Part shown: positions 16,095 through 24,500 of the stretch, piece after piece
How positions within the stretch are numbered: position 1 is the first letter of the stretch
How the letters are laid out: each line of letters begins with the position of its first letter
Assembly: GCF_036323395.1 (NCBI RefSeq)
Contig: NZ_AP028907.1
Location: 1,080,001 to 1,112,000 of the forward strand
Length of the DNA: 32,000 nt
Direction of reading: 5' to 3'
DNA from: Pyrodictium abyssi
GTDB taxonomy: Archaea > Thermoproteota > Thermoprotei_A > Sulfolobales > Pyrodictiaceae
Translations under genes and position numbers: made by a program
Notes under the pieces: generated by a model
Told to the model about the DNA's origin: nothing
The model's database searches: none
Seen by the model: only the letters and a program-made list of their open reading frames with translations

Positions 16095-17207
16095 GTGTCA
16101 GCGGGGCTGCATAAGCTAGAGGCAATGGCCCGTAGCTACGCCCTCGCAGCTGTACGGGCTGACCGGGAGGGCAGGGTACAGGAGGCGATAAGCAACTACC
16201 GCAAAGCCATAGAGATACTCACCAGGATAGTCAGGCTCTACCCCGATAACCCCCTCGCGCACGTCTACCGGGGGATCATACAGCAGTACCGTAAGCGTGT
16301 CGAGCAGCTGGAGAAGCTCGGCGTCCCGGCGGCTCCGACGGAGGCGGAGCAGCTGGAGGAGTGGATAGTCACCGAGAAGCCCAGCGTACGGTTCAGCGAC
16401 ATAGCGGACCTCGAGCACGCTAAGCAGGCGATAAAGGAGGCCATAATCTACCCGGTCCGGAGGCCGGACCTCTTCCCCCTAGGCTGGCCCCGCGGCATAC
16501 TCCTCTTCGGGCCACCGGGCTGCGGTAAGACCATGCTGGCAGCAGCAGTGGCCAACGAGGTGGACGGCGTCTTCTTCAGCGTGGATGCGGCGAGCATTAT
16601 GAGCAAGTGGCTCGGAGAAGCCGAGAAGAAGGTCAAGATGCTCTTCGAGAAAGCCCGCCAGGCGGCGAAGAGCGGCAAGCCCGCGATAATCTTCATCGAC
16701 GAGATAGACGCGCTCCTGGGCGTCCACGAGAGCGAGGTCGGCGGCGAGGTCCGCGTACGCAACCAGTTCCTAAAGGAGATGGACGGCCTCCAGGACAAGA
16801 GCAATAAGCTCCACGTGTACGTGATAGGCGCTACGAACAAGCCCTGGAAGCTCGACGAGCCGTTCATCCGGAGGTTCCAGAAGAGGATATTCATACCCCC
16901 GCCCGACCGCCGTGCCCGTGTCGAGCTCTTCCGGCTCTACACCCGCAGCCTCAAGCTAGCACCAGACGTGGACCTAGAGAAGCTGGCAGAGATGACCGAG
17001 GGCTACAGCGCCAGCGACATCAAAGACATAGTCGTGGAGGCGCACCTGCGCACAGTCAGAGAGCTATTCGAGCAGGGAGGTGGCGAAGGCGAGCCACGCC
17101 CCATAACGATGCAGGACTTCGTAGAAGCGATAAGGGCGCGCCGCCCGAGCATAACCAGGGAGATGATAGAGGCGTACAAGAGGTGGTACGAGCAGTTCCG
17201 CGGCTAG
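16095..17207 (+). CDS. cdvC: CdvC / Vps4-type AAA+ ATPase (MIT domain plus AAA domain)
   Basis: N-terminal MIT-like helices ([42 protein letters not shown]). Walker A GPPGCGKT, Walker [31 protein letters not shown], and a Vps4-type C-terminal helix (YKRWYEQF). The likely start is ATG 16125 rather than GTG 16095. Confidence 0.9.
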   Translation: MSAGLHKLEAMARSYALAAVRADREGRVQEAISNYRKAIEILTRIVRLYPDNPLAHVYRGIIQQYRKRVEQLEKLGVPAAPTEAEQLEEWIVTEKPSVRFSDIADLEHAKQAIKEAIIYPVRRPDLFPLGWPRGILLFGPPGCGKTMLAAAVANEVDGVFFSVDAASIMSKWLGEAEKKVKMLFEKARQAAKSGKPAIIFIDEIDALLGVHESEVGGEVRVRNQFLKEMDGLQDKSNKLHVYVIGATNKPWKLDEPFIRRFQKRIFIPPPDRRARVELFRLYTRSLKLAPDVDLEKLAEMTEGYSASDIKDIVVEAHLRTVRELFEQGGGEGEPRPITMQDFVEAIRARRPSITREMIEAYKRWYEQFRG

Positions 17208-17342
17208 GCCGGCAGCCAACAACCCAACCGAGTTTCCTCCCCCACCCGTCCCTGGCGGCGCCCAGCCTTCATCCTCTACGGCGCCGCCACGGCAGCCCTT
17301 GGCTTACATAACCCACGCATGGTGCCGGCGGCTCTCTGGTCT

Positions 17343-18287
17343 TCACCAGATGACTAGCTCCCGGTGGAGCGCGCCCCTCACAGTGCTCCTGCATAGCCGG
17401 AGCCTGGGCTGCGGCGCGCCGCACCTCGGGCACCGCGGCGCCTCCTTCGCCTCCTCCGCGTGGACCCTGACTCCCCATGGCTTCCGGGATACTAGGGGCG
17501 CGCCGCAGCTACTGCAGAGCGTGTCGGTGAGCGTGTAGCTGTCGTCGGGGTACAGGTAGACGTTGACCCGTCCCCGGTCGCGCAGCTTCTCGACGAGCCT
17601 GTAGGCCCTGTCCTCGACGCCCTCAGCCGGCAGCACGTGTATGGGTGTGTCGGGGTAGCGCTCGGCGAGGTCGCTCACAGCGGCCATGCTGCGGGGGGAG
17701 CCGTCGAAGGGCACGTGGACCTCGACTACCTCGAACACCCGGTGCGTCTCCCTCAGCGCCTCGGCCACGTGGTCCAGCCGGGGCACCGCCTCAACGGCCT
17801 GAAGGTACTCGAAGACCACGCCGTCGAAGCCGGCGCTGCGGGCCCGGCGGAGCCGGTCTAGCGACACCAGCCCAGCAGTGCGGGCTAGCACGTAGCGTAG
17901 CCCTGGGACTTCCCTGCGCAGTAGCCCCGGGAGCTCCATGACCCAGTCGGCGACGAGGGGCTCCCCGCCGTCGAGCAGGAAGACGCTCGGCCCCAGGATC
18001 CTCAGCCGCCGTAGCTCGCGGGGGCCTAGCTCCCGCTGCTCTACTGCACGGGGGTCTGTGTAGTCGTGCCAGCTGCAGAGCCTGCATCTCCACGGCGACC
18101 CGGCCAGCATGAGCCGGGCAGCAGCGCCGCTGGGGCAGGTATGGGCCAGGGGCACGTCCTCGACGCGCAGCACGCTGAGCCATAGGGCCCTCCAGGGCGC
18201 CAGGTCCCCCCTCCCCGGGTCCACGACGCCGCAGCCGCTCTCGCCGCTACAGCGCATGGCGCAGCGCATGCACACAGCGCCGGCCAA
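17343..18287 (-). CDS. PflA-like (COG1180/COG2108-type) radical SAM-fold protein with non-canonical SX3CX2C motif, N-terminal Cys cluster and C-terminal Zn ribbon
   Basis: The layout VCMRCAMRCSGESGCGV ... EDVPLAHTCPSG ... LAGSPWRCRLCSWHDY ... LLDGGEPLV mirrors activase-like radical SAM proteins, but the first Cys position is Ser (TCG). The C-terminus has CSSCG...CPRCG. It lies 9 nt downstream of lplA on the same strand. Confidence 0.6.
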   Translation of the reverse strand: MAGAVCMRCAMRCSGESGCGVVDPGRGDLAPWRALWLSVLRVEDVPLAHTCPSGAAARLMLAGSPWRCRLCSWHDYTDPRAVEQRELGPRELRRLRILGPSVFLLDGGEPLVADWVMELPGLLRREVPGLRYVLARTAGLVSLDRLRRARSAGFDGVVFEYLQAVEAVPRLDHVAEALRETHRVFEVVEVHVPFDGSPRSMAAVSDLAERYPDTPIHVLPAEGVEDRAYRLVEKLRDRGRVNVYLYPDDSYTLTDTLCSSCGAPLVSRKPWGVRVHAEEAKEAPRCPRCGAPQPRLRLCRSTVRGALHRELVIW

Positions 18288-18296
18288 CCCGCTGCC

Positions 18297-19070
18297 CTAC
18301 CTCCGGCGGAGCCACTTCTCGTCCCGGTACTTCTCCACGAGCCTCTCAGCCAGCTCGACCTCCTCCCGGGTGAGACGGTCCAGCCTTATGGTGTCGTAGC
18401 CTAGGGCGCGGCGGAACCCCTCCACGAGCGCTAGCGCAGCCTCCACCCGGGTAGGCCTACGGCCCAGTAGCCGCTCCACCGTGGTGACCCGGTCCTCTAT
18501 CCCCCGGGCCCCGTGGCTCTCCAGCTTCTCCCGCGGGGCCCGGAGCAGCCGCGCCATCGCCTTGAGGTCGGCGGCGTAGAGCAGCGTGCCGTGCTGTAGC
18601 AGCGCCCGGCGGGCCCGCGCCTGCGCGCTCCCGGAGATCTTCCGGCCCCCCGCGACCACGTCGTTCACGGGCTTGAACTCGGCCTCGACGCCGAGGACCC
18701 GCAGCGCCTCAACGACGCCACTGCATAGCACCCGGTAGCTCTCCGCCACATCCCGGAGCCCCGGGGCCGAGTCAAGCCCCAGCGTTATCGAGTACGTCAC
18801 CTCGCCCTCGGGGTCGTGGTAGACGCTCCCACCCCCGGTGAACCTCCGGACAACCTCCACCCCTATCCTCCGGGCCTCCTCCATGTCTACGCTGGTCTCG
18901 AGCCTCTGAAACCTCCCTATCGTGACGGCTGGTGGGCTGAACACGTAGACCCGGAGCGTATCCGGTATAGCGCCCTCGTCGCGGAGCCGTAGCAGCGCCT
19001 CGTCTACAGCCATCTGCCACGCAGCCGGCGAGCCCTCCAGGTCAAGCACGACCCGCAGCACTCTAGCCAC
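18297..19070 (-). CDS. lplA: lipoate-protein ligase A catalytic domain (BPL/LplA/LipB family)
   Basis: Motifs VVRRFTGGGSVYHDPEGEVTYS and GRKISGSAQARARRALLQHGTLL are typical of the LplA catalytic domain. At 257 aa it lacks the accessory C-terminal domain. Confidence 0.85.
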   Translation of the reverse strand: MARVLRVVLDLEGSPAAWQMAVDEALLRLRDEGAIPDTLRVYVFSPPAVTIGRFQRLETSVDMEEARRIGVEVVRRFTGGGSVYHDPEGEVTYSITLGLDSAPGLRDVAESYRVLCSGVVEALRVLGVEAEFKPVNDVVAGGRKISGSAQARARRALLQHGTLLYAADLKAMARLLRAPREKLESHGARGIEDRVTTVERLLGRRPTRVEAALALVEGFRRALGYDTIRLDRLTREEVELAERLVEKYRDEKWLRRR

Positions 19071-19277
19071 GGCGCTACCACCACGGCCTAAGCTCCACTA
19101 GTCCGGGACCCTCTGGGGGTGATGTATGCGTAGCCCAGGGCCCCTTTATGCAGGCTCTAGCCATGGCGCGGCGTACTTACCCCGTGGGGCCGGGCGGCTG
19201 GCGCTGCCGGCGCTCGCTCGGCGCCGGAGATAACACCGGGGAGGGGCAGCCCCGGGGCCCAGGGGGATGGCGTAGAG

Positions 19278-20231
19278 GTGCTGGTCCGTGCATCGCTCGG
19301 CACGCTAGCGGTACTAGGGCTCGAGAGGGCCCGGCTAGCAGCGCGGCCCACCACGGCCTACCTGCTACAGTACAGCCCCTGGGGCTGCACCGCGCGCTGC
19401 ATGTTCTGCAGCCAGTCCGTGCTGGCCAAGACGCCCCGGCGGCTACTCGGCAGGGTCACCTGGCCCGTGGTCGAACTCGAGAAGCTCCTCCGGGCCTGGA
19501 GGAGGGGGCTCTTCGCCCGGGTCTGCCTCCAGACGGTGCTCCGCCCGGGCTTCGCTTGCGAGGCAGCCGAGCTCCTGGAGCAGCTGCGCCGGGTAGACCC
19601 CGACACGCCGGCCTCGGTCACGACCACGCCCGTCGAGACCTGGGTGCTCCGCGAGTGGCGCCGCCTCGGCGTAGACACGCTCGGCGTGGGGCTCGACGCG
19701 GCCTCCCCCAGGGTGTTCCGCGAGGCGGGCAAGCCCTACACCTGGGACACGTACATCGGCTTCATACGGAGGGCCATAAGCGTCTACGGCCGCGGCCGGG
19801 TCTACGCGCACCTCGTGGCAGGGCTCGGCGAGACGCCGCGCGAGATGCTCGAGGCCATGAAGACCCTCTACGCTATGGGCGCCCGGGTGGCCCTCTTCAA
19901 CTACACCAGGCTCCCCGGCAGCCCCCGGGACTTCCCCGGCGTAGACACCGCCACGTACCGGGTCTACCAGGTAGCCCGGCTCCTCCTCGAGCACGGCCTC
20001 GACCCGCTAGACTACATCGACCCCGGGCCCCCGCCCCAGTTCACCCGGAGGCCCCCACTCGACCCCCGCCGCGGGCTCCTAACCAGCGGCTGCCCCGGCT
20101 GCAACAGACCATTCTACAACGAGCCGCCCCGCGGCCCCATCTACAACTACCCCTCAGCCGAGCTGCTCCGCCGCGACAGAGAGGCTGTGGAGAAGCAGCT
20201 AGAGGAGATAGGCCTAGGTGAAGGAGAGTGA
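19278..20231 (+). CDS. biotin-synthase-like radical SAM protein, LipS-type lipoyl synthase component
   Basis: CX3CX2C motif (GCTARCMFCSQS), a BioB-like GLGET motif (HLVAGLGETPREMLEAM), and a C-terminal CPGC. Divergent from lplA and translationally coupled (GTGA) to the next radical SAM gene. I cannot assign LipS1 versus LipS2 without an alignment. Confidence 0.7.
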   Translation: MLVRASLGTLAVLGLERARLAARPTTAYLLQYSPWGCTARCMFCSQSVLAKTPRRLLGRVTWPVVELEKLLRAWRRGLFARVCLQTVLRPGFACEAAELLEQLRRVDPDTPASVTTTPVETWVLREWRRLGVDTLGVGLDAASPRVFREAGKPYTWDTYIGFIRRAISVYGRGRVYAHLVAGLGETPREMLEAMKTLYAMGARVALFNYTRLPGSPRDFPGVDTATYRVYQVARLLLEHGLDPLDYIDPGPPPQFTRRPPLDPRRGLLTSGCPGCNRPFYNEPPRGPIYNYPSAELLRRDREAVEKQLEEIGLGEGE

Positions 20232-21079
20232 CAAGGCCCAAGGCCTTCCGCATGATCCGCCTCTTCGCCGAGGTAAGCCTCACCGGCGCCAGCTGCCCCC
20301 TGGGCTGTAGCCACTGCCGCGGCCGCTACCTCCGCGGCATGGCCCCCGTGCCGCCGGGGCCACGGGGCCTCATCCGGCTCCTCGAGAGCCTCGCCCGCCG
20401 CGGGGCCCGCGGGGTCCTCGTGAGCGGCGGGCTCACAAGGGAGGGCCGGCTCCCAGTCGAGCCCTACCTCGACCAGCTCCACGAGGCCCGGAGGAGGCTA
20501 GGCCTCGTGATCAACCTCCACCCCGGCTACGAGGACCGCCCATGGGTGCTCGAGAGGCTCCGCCCCGCGGTCGACGTCCTGGACTACGAGCTCAGCCTCA
20601 GCAAGGAGATGGTAAGGGGCGTGCGGCGGCTCCCCTTCAGCCCCGAGCACACAGTCAAAGTAATGGAGGCGATGATAGAGCACGGGCACGACGTAGTGCC
20701 CCACATCTTCCTATGGCATCCCTGGAGCAGCCCCCAGCTGCTAAAGAAGGAACTAGCCGTAGCCGCAGACCTGGGGGCGAAGCGGGCCACGCTACTCGTC
20801 TACATACCCCCGCCCGGCGAGCCAGAGCCACAGGCCGAGAAGCTCCTAGAGCTCCTACGGCTAGCCCGCAGCCACTGGCCGGGAGAGCTAGCACTAGGCT
20901 GCATGAGGCCCTACAGCGTCAAGCCCCAGCTCGACCGCGCCGCGCTCGAGGAGGGCCTCGTGGACAGGATAGCCAACCCGAGCCCCCGCGCCCTAAGAGA
21001 AGCAGCAGTGGAGCCCCCGCTCTACGACGCCTGCTGCAGCCTACCCGAGCACCTCCTACCCAGGTTCAGAGTCAAATAG
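20228..21079 (+). CDS. second radical SAM protein, LipS-type lipoyl synthase component
   Basis: CX3CX2C motif (SCPLGCSHCRG), a VLVSGG glycine motif, and conserved-looking GCMRP and CC pairs near the C-terminus. Start GTG 20228 overlaps the stop TGA 20229-20231 of the preceding gene. Confidence 0.7.
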   Translation: MTRPKAFRMIRLFAEVSLTGASCPLGCSHCRGRYLRGMAPVPPGPRGLIRLLESLARRGARGVLVSGGLTREGRLPVEPYLDQLHEARRRLGLVINLHPGYEDRPWVLERLRPAVDVLDYELSLSKEMVRGVRRLPFSPEHTVKVMEAMIEHGHDVVPHIFLWHPWSSPQLLKKELAVAADLGAKRATLLVYIPPPGEPEPQAEKLLELLRLARSHWPGELALGCMRPYSVKPQLDRAALEEGLVDRIANPSPRALREAAVEPPLYDACCSLPEHLLPRFRVK

Positions 21080-21092
21080 CCCTAAGGGCCGC

Positions 21093-21560
21093 CTACCGCT
21101 CTTTCTTGAGGAGTACCTCGTACAGCCTATCAATCCTCTTGTTGGTCTCATCCATCTTCTTTGACAGCTCCAGGTGTATGCTGTCTATCCTCCTATTTGT
21201 CTCCGCTATCGCTGCTGCTAGCTCTCTCCGTGTCTCCCAGAGCTCTCTCCTCAGCTCCTTGACCTCGTTCCTCACTTCCCGCAGCTCCCGGTACTGCATG
21301 TCCAGGTACAGTAGTAGTATATCCTCGGTTGAGAGCCTCTCACCCTTCTCAATCTTCTCCAGGATCTTCTTGGTGACTTGGCCGAGCACGGCGCCTAGAG
21401 CAGCCTCAGCGAGGCCCGGCGCTAGGCCTAGGTCGCGGTAGCGGAACCGGCGGGCTAGCCAGGCCGCGTAGCGCTCGTGGTCGTCGTCCTCGAGCCCCGT
21501 GTAGACGCCGCGCAGGTTCTTCACCAGGTACACGTATCCTAGCAGCCCCGCCTCCTCCAC
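21093..21560 (-). CDS. coiled-coil hypothetical protein
   Basis: 155 aa. The C-terminal half is heptad-rich with an internal repeat (AETNRRIDSIHLEL / DETNKRIDRLYEVL). No enzymatic motif found. Confidence 0.55.
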   Translation of the reverse strand: MEEAGLLGYVYLVKNLRGVYTGLEDDDHERYAAWLARRFRYRDLGLAPGLAEAALGAVLGQVTKKILEKIEKGERLSTEDILLLYLDMQYRELREVRNEVKELRRELWETRRELAAAIAETNRRIDSIHLELSKKMDETNKRIDRLYEVLLKKER

Positions 21561-21664
21561 GGTTAGCCCGCCTCTCTACCGCCGATATCTGGGACCCCGA
21601 CTGGTTACGGGATAGCCCTAAACGGGAGGGGCACCGTATAGCCTAGCTATGTTGGTGCAGTGTT

Positions 21665-22507
21665 TTGGCTCTAGCTCTCAACGTGGAGCTGCGCCCCGCC
21701 ACCCCCGGCGACGTGGAGAGCATGGCCGGGGTGTACGCGCGTGCCTTCGGCCACAGCAGTAAGCTGGACCAGATAGTAGAGGCGTTCCAGGTCTACATGG
21801 AGCTGGCGGAGAGGGGCCGCGGCGGCTGCATAGTAGCCGAGCACGAGGGCTCAGTAGTAGCGACGGGCTGCTACGCGCTCTACGGGGGCCACGCCTGGAT
21901 AGGCGCGGTGACGGTGGAGCCCCGGCTCCAGCGCCGCAGGATAGGCACAGCCGTCACCCGGAGGCTCCTCCAGCTCCTCCACGGCCGCGTCCCCAGCATA
22001 GGCCTCGACGCGACGCCAGCCGGCGAGCAGCTGTATCGCTGGCTAGGCTTCACTCCGGAGTACCGGACCACCGCATACCTGCTGCCCGAGAAGCCTCCCG
22101 TCCTCGGCGGGCGGCTGCGCGTAGAGGAGCTCGACGCTGTGCCAGCGTGGCTACGGGAGCTCGACGCGGAGGCCGCTGGTGGCGACCGCGCGGCGCTCAT
22201 AGAGGCGTGGCTACGCCGCGGCGCGAAGCTGCTAGCCGTCAAGGGCGAGGGCTACGCCCTAGTGCATCGCTGCCGCAGAGGCCCCCTGATAGCACGCAGC
22301 ATCGACGCGGCCTGGAGCCTCCTAGCGGAGGCGATGGCTAGGGGCGGGCGGCGGCTCATAGCCCCAGCGGTGAACCAGCAGGTCCTGGAGATGCTCGCTG
22401 TGCTCGGCGCCCGGGAGACCCACGTCTTCACCCGTATGAGGCTAGGCAGCCCCCGGCCCGAGAAACCCGAGATGATATACGCCATCCACAGCTACATGAA
22501 AGGCTAG
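21665..22507 (+). CDS. GNAT-family N-acetyltransferase with C-terminal helper domain
   Basis: GNAT motif VTVEPRLQRRRIGTAVTRRLLQLL...LYRWLGF, plus a C-domain of about 130 aa. TTG start. Confidence 0.7.
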   Translation: MALALNVELRPATPGDVESMAGVYARAFGHSSKLDQIVEAFQVYMELAERGRGGCIVAEHEGSVVATGCYALYGGHAWIGAVTVEPRLQRRRIGTAVTRRLLQLLHGRVPSIGLDATPAGEQLYRWLGFTPEYRTTAYLLPEKPPVLGGRLRVEELDAVPAWLRELDAEAAGGDRAALIEAWLRRGAKLLAVKGEGYALVHRCRRGPLIARSIDAAWSLLAEAMARGGRRLIAPAVNQQVLEMLAVLGARETHVFTRMRLGSPRPEKPEMIYAIHSYMKG

Positions 22508-22581
22508 CCCCGGGGTCCATGCTGGACCACGGGAGCAAGCTGCAAAAAGGCCTGGGTAAGTGCCGTGGCCGCGCCACCGCG

Positions 22582-22908
22582 CTAGTCCTCGTCTCCGCCG
22601 CTGTCGTCGTCAAAGTCTATCCAGTCGTCCTCCTCAGCTTCACTGTCCTCCTCGTCCTCCGCGACGGCATCGGCGAAGCTCCTCTCCTCTTCCTCCTCGG
22701 GCTCCTCTGCGGAAGCTTCTTCAGCCTCCTTGCCTCCCAGCGCCTTCATGAAGCTTTCTTCCTTCTCCTCCTCGCCTTCCTCGCTGCGCTCCTCCATGGC
22801 CTTGGCCGCGGCGTAGCCGGCTGCAGCGCCGAGGGCAGCGCCAGCAGCCCCGCGGCCAGCGTCTTGCCCGCGCCGCTCCCCTGCCTTGGTCCTCTCCGCT
22901 GTGTCCAC
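22582..22908 (-). CDS. Gly/Ala segment followed by a highly acidic tail; either a separate GTG-initiated ORF or the shifted C-terminus of the upstream membrane protein
   Basis: The frame reads VDTAERTKAGERRGQDAGRGAAGAALGAAAGYAAAKAMEERSEEGEEEKEE...EDDWIDFDDDSGGDED, with GC-rich third positions. It lies entirely within the last 188 nt region of ORF 22721..23521, whose own frame is Arg/Gly junk there. Confidence 0.45.
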   Translation of the reverse strand: MDTAERTKAGERRGQDAGRGAAGAALGAAAGYAAAKAMEERSEEGEEEKEESFMKALGGKEAEEASAEEPEEEEERSFADAVAEDEEDSEAEEDDWIDFDDDSGGDED

Positions 22909-23521
22909 TGCTATCCTCTTCGATGTAGTGCTCCTCGCGGTAGTGGTCGTGGTAGTAGTGGTACTCGCGCCCAGGGCTGTACGAGGAGTAGCCCCCTGAC
23001 CCGGACCTGCGTACTGCGCGCCTCGCGCGGGATGCCAGCCTTGTGCCTGCTATACGCCTCTGGGCCTCTGAGGCCGCGCTGCTGCCGCGGCTAGTCCCTC
23101 CGGCTGCCACTGCTATGCCGCCGGCAAGGGCTAGGAGGGGCCCAGCCCCGGTGTTGGCCGTGTAGCCTTCTGGCGCCGCGTTGCTGAGTATGTACACCGA
23201 GGCTATCCACATGAGCCCTGCTAGCGCTAGGAGCGTCCCCCTCCCCCCGATGGCTGCTAGCCTCCTGGAGACGAGGCCAGCGGCCGCGATGAGGCCTGCG
23301 ATGGGTAGGAGGCCCATCGAGTAGTACATCGTGGATGCCCAGAGCTCGGTGCTCTTGCTCTCTGACAGCGGCTCGAAGAGCTTGTCGTACGCCTCGGCGA
23401 GGGTATAGGTCTTTACTGTTTCTCCGCCGGACTTCAGTATCAGCCATGCCTGGCTAGCGCCGAGAACCAGGAGTGCTGGGCCTAACGAGCACGAGTAGAC
23501 GGGACATACCATTCCGCACAC
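22721..23521 (-). CDS. membrane protein with a His/Tyr-rich cytoplasmic segment (3' end doubtful)
   Basis: TM-like segments (LGPALLVLGASQAWLIL, GLLPIAGLIAAAGLV, LLALAGLMWIASVYIL, GPLLALAGGIAVAA) are followed by GGYSSYSPGREYHYYHDHYREEHYIEEDS. Downstream of about 22910 the frame loses its coding character. Confidence 0.55.
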   Translation of the reverse strand: MCGMVCPVYSCSLGPALLVLGASQAWLILKSGGETVKTYTLAEAYDKLFEPLSESKSTELWASTMYYSMGLLPIAGLIAAAGLVSRRLAAIGGRGTLLALAGLMWIASVYILSNAAPEGYTANTGAGPLLALAGGIAVAAGGTSRGSSAASEAQRRIAGTRLASRARRAVRRSGSGGYSSYSPGREYHYYHDHYREEHYIEEDSSGHSGEDQGRGAARARRWPRGCWRCPRRCSRLRRGQGHGGAQRGRRGGEGRKLHEGAGRQGG

Positions 23522-23657
23522 TCACAGTACACGAGGAGGGGTCCCCGGGGCCTCCCCTGGCCCCCCCCCCTTGGAGGAGCGTGCCCCGTCACCCGGAGAG
23601 GACTAGGAGCGCCTAGAGAGCCTCCCCGAGAGCCGTAAGAAGCCCGTCCTCCTAATA

Positions 23658-24428
23658 TTGCTGCCGGGCCCCCGGGCCCTCGGGGGTGCTGCAGGCGTGC
23701 AGGTCAGTGGCTCGGTTGTGCTGGTCACCGGGTCTAGCCGCGGCATAGGCAGGGCGATAGCTCTCGAGGCTGCCCGCCGCGGCGCGGCGGGCGTAGTGGT
23801 GAACTACCTCCGCTCCAGGGAGGCCGCGGAGAAGGTGGCGGAGGAGATACGGCGCCTCGGAGGCGACGCCCTGGTCGTAGGCGCCGACGTTTCCCGCTGG
23901 GAGGAGGCCAGGCGGCTAGTCGAGGCGGCGATCGGGCGCTGGGGCCGGGTAGACGTGGTGGTGAACAATGCGGGGATACTGGAGCCCAAGCCCTTCCACG
24001 AGATGGAGCCCAGGGACTGGCAGAGGATGATGGAGGTCCACTTCTACGGTGCGCTGAACGTCGCCCGGGCCGCGCTCCCCCACATGATGGAGAGGAAGAG
24101 GGGCGTGATAGTGAACATCTCATCGGTGCTAGGCCTGCGGCCCGAGCCCCTAGCGAGCCACTACTCGGCCGCCAAGGCCGCGCTAATAGCCTGGAGCATA
24201 GCGGCCGCCAAGGAGCTGGCCGAGTACGGAATACGTGTCTTCGCGGTGGCGCCCGGCGGCGTGGACACTGACATGGCCCGGGTCTGGGGCGACATGGACT
24301 GGGTCGAGGAGGAGATTCCGCTCGCTAGACTCGCTAGGCCGGAGGAGGTTGCGAAGCTCGTCCTAGACGCGGTGGAGAACCCCTACGTGACGGGCGACGT
24401 GCTCACCGTGACTGGCGGCCTACTATAG
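23658..24428 (+). CDS. short-chain dehydrogenase/reductase (FabG-like)
   Basis: TGSSRGIG (TGxxxGxG), NNAG, and S...YSAAK (YxxxK) motifs. The likely start is GTG 23697 (VQVSGSVVLVTG), preceded by AATATT at about 23653. Confidence 0.85.
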   Translation: MLPGPRALGGAAGVQVSGSVVLVTGSSRGIGRAIALEAARRGAAGVVVNYLRSREAAEKVAEEIRRLGGDALVVGADVSRWEEARRLVEAAIGRWGRVDVVVNNAGILEPKPFHEMEPRDWQRMMEVHFYGALNVARAALPHMMERKRGVIVNISSVLGLRPEPLASHYSAAKAALIAWSIAAAKELAEYGIRVFAVAPGGVDTDMARVWGDMDWVEEEIPLARLARPEEVAKLVLDAVENPYVTGDVLTVTGGLL

Positions 24429-24500
24429 CCCCACCTGTTTGGCTGTAGCTGCTAGTGTAAACTATTTCTCGTAACTGTTAGGCTTGTCTCTGTTGAGGGG

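Noticed and set aside
15487-16125. 212-aa minus-strand ORF overlapping the CDP-alcohol phosphatidyltransferase and the cdvC start
   Set aside because: Arg/Pro-rich shadow frame. The neighbouring frame contains the full CDP-OH transferase motif.
19148-20221. 357-aa plus-strand ORF covering the first LipS-type gene
   Set aside because: Arg/Pro/Gly-dominated low-complexity translation. The alternative frame (19278..20231) carries CX3CX2C and GLGET motifs.
20542-21441. 299-aa plus-strand ORF spanning the second LipS-type gene and the antisense of the coiled-coil gene
   Set aside because: The first half is an Arg/Pro/Ala-rich shadow frame and the second half is Ser-rich antisense. Both regions are explained by better-supported genes.
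22519-23094. 191-aa plus-strand ORF antisense to the acidic-tail and membrane protein genes
   Set aside because: Leu/Ser/Cys/Arg-rich mirror of a Glu/Asp-rich minus-strand frame, with no independent support.
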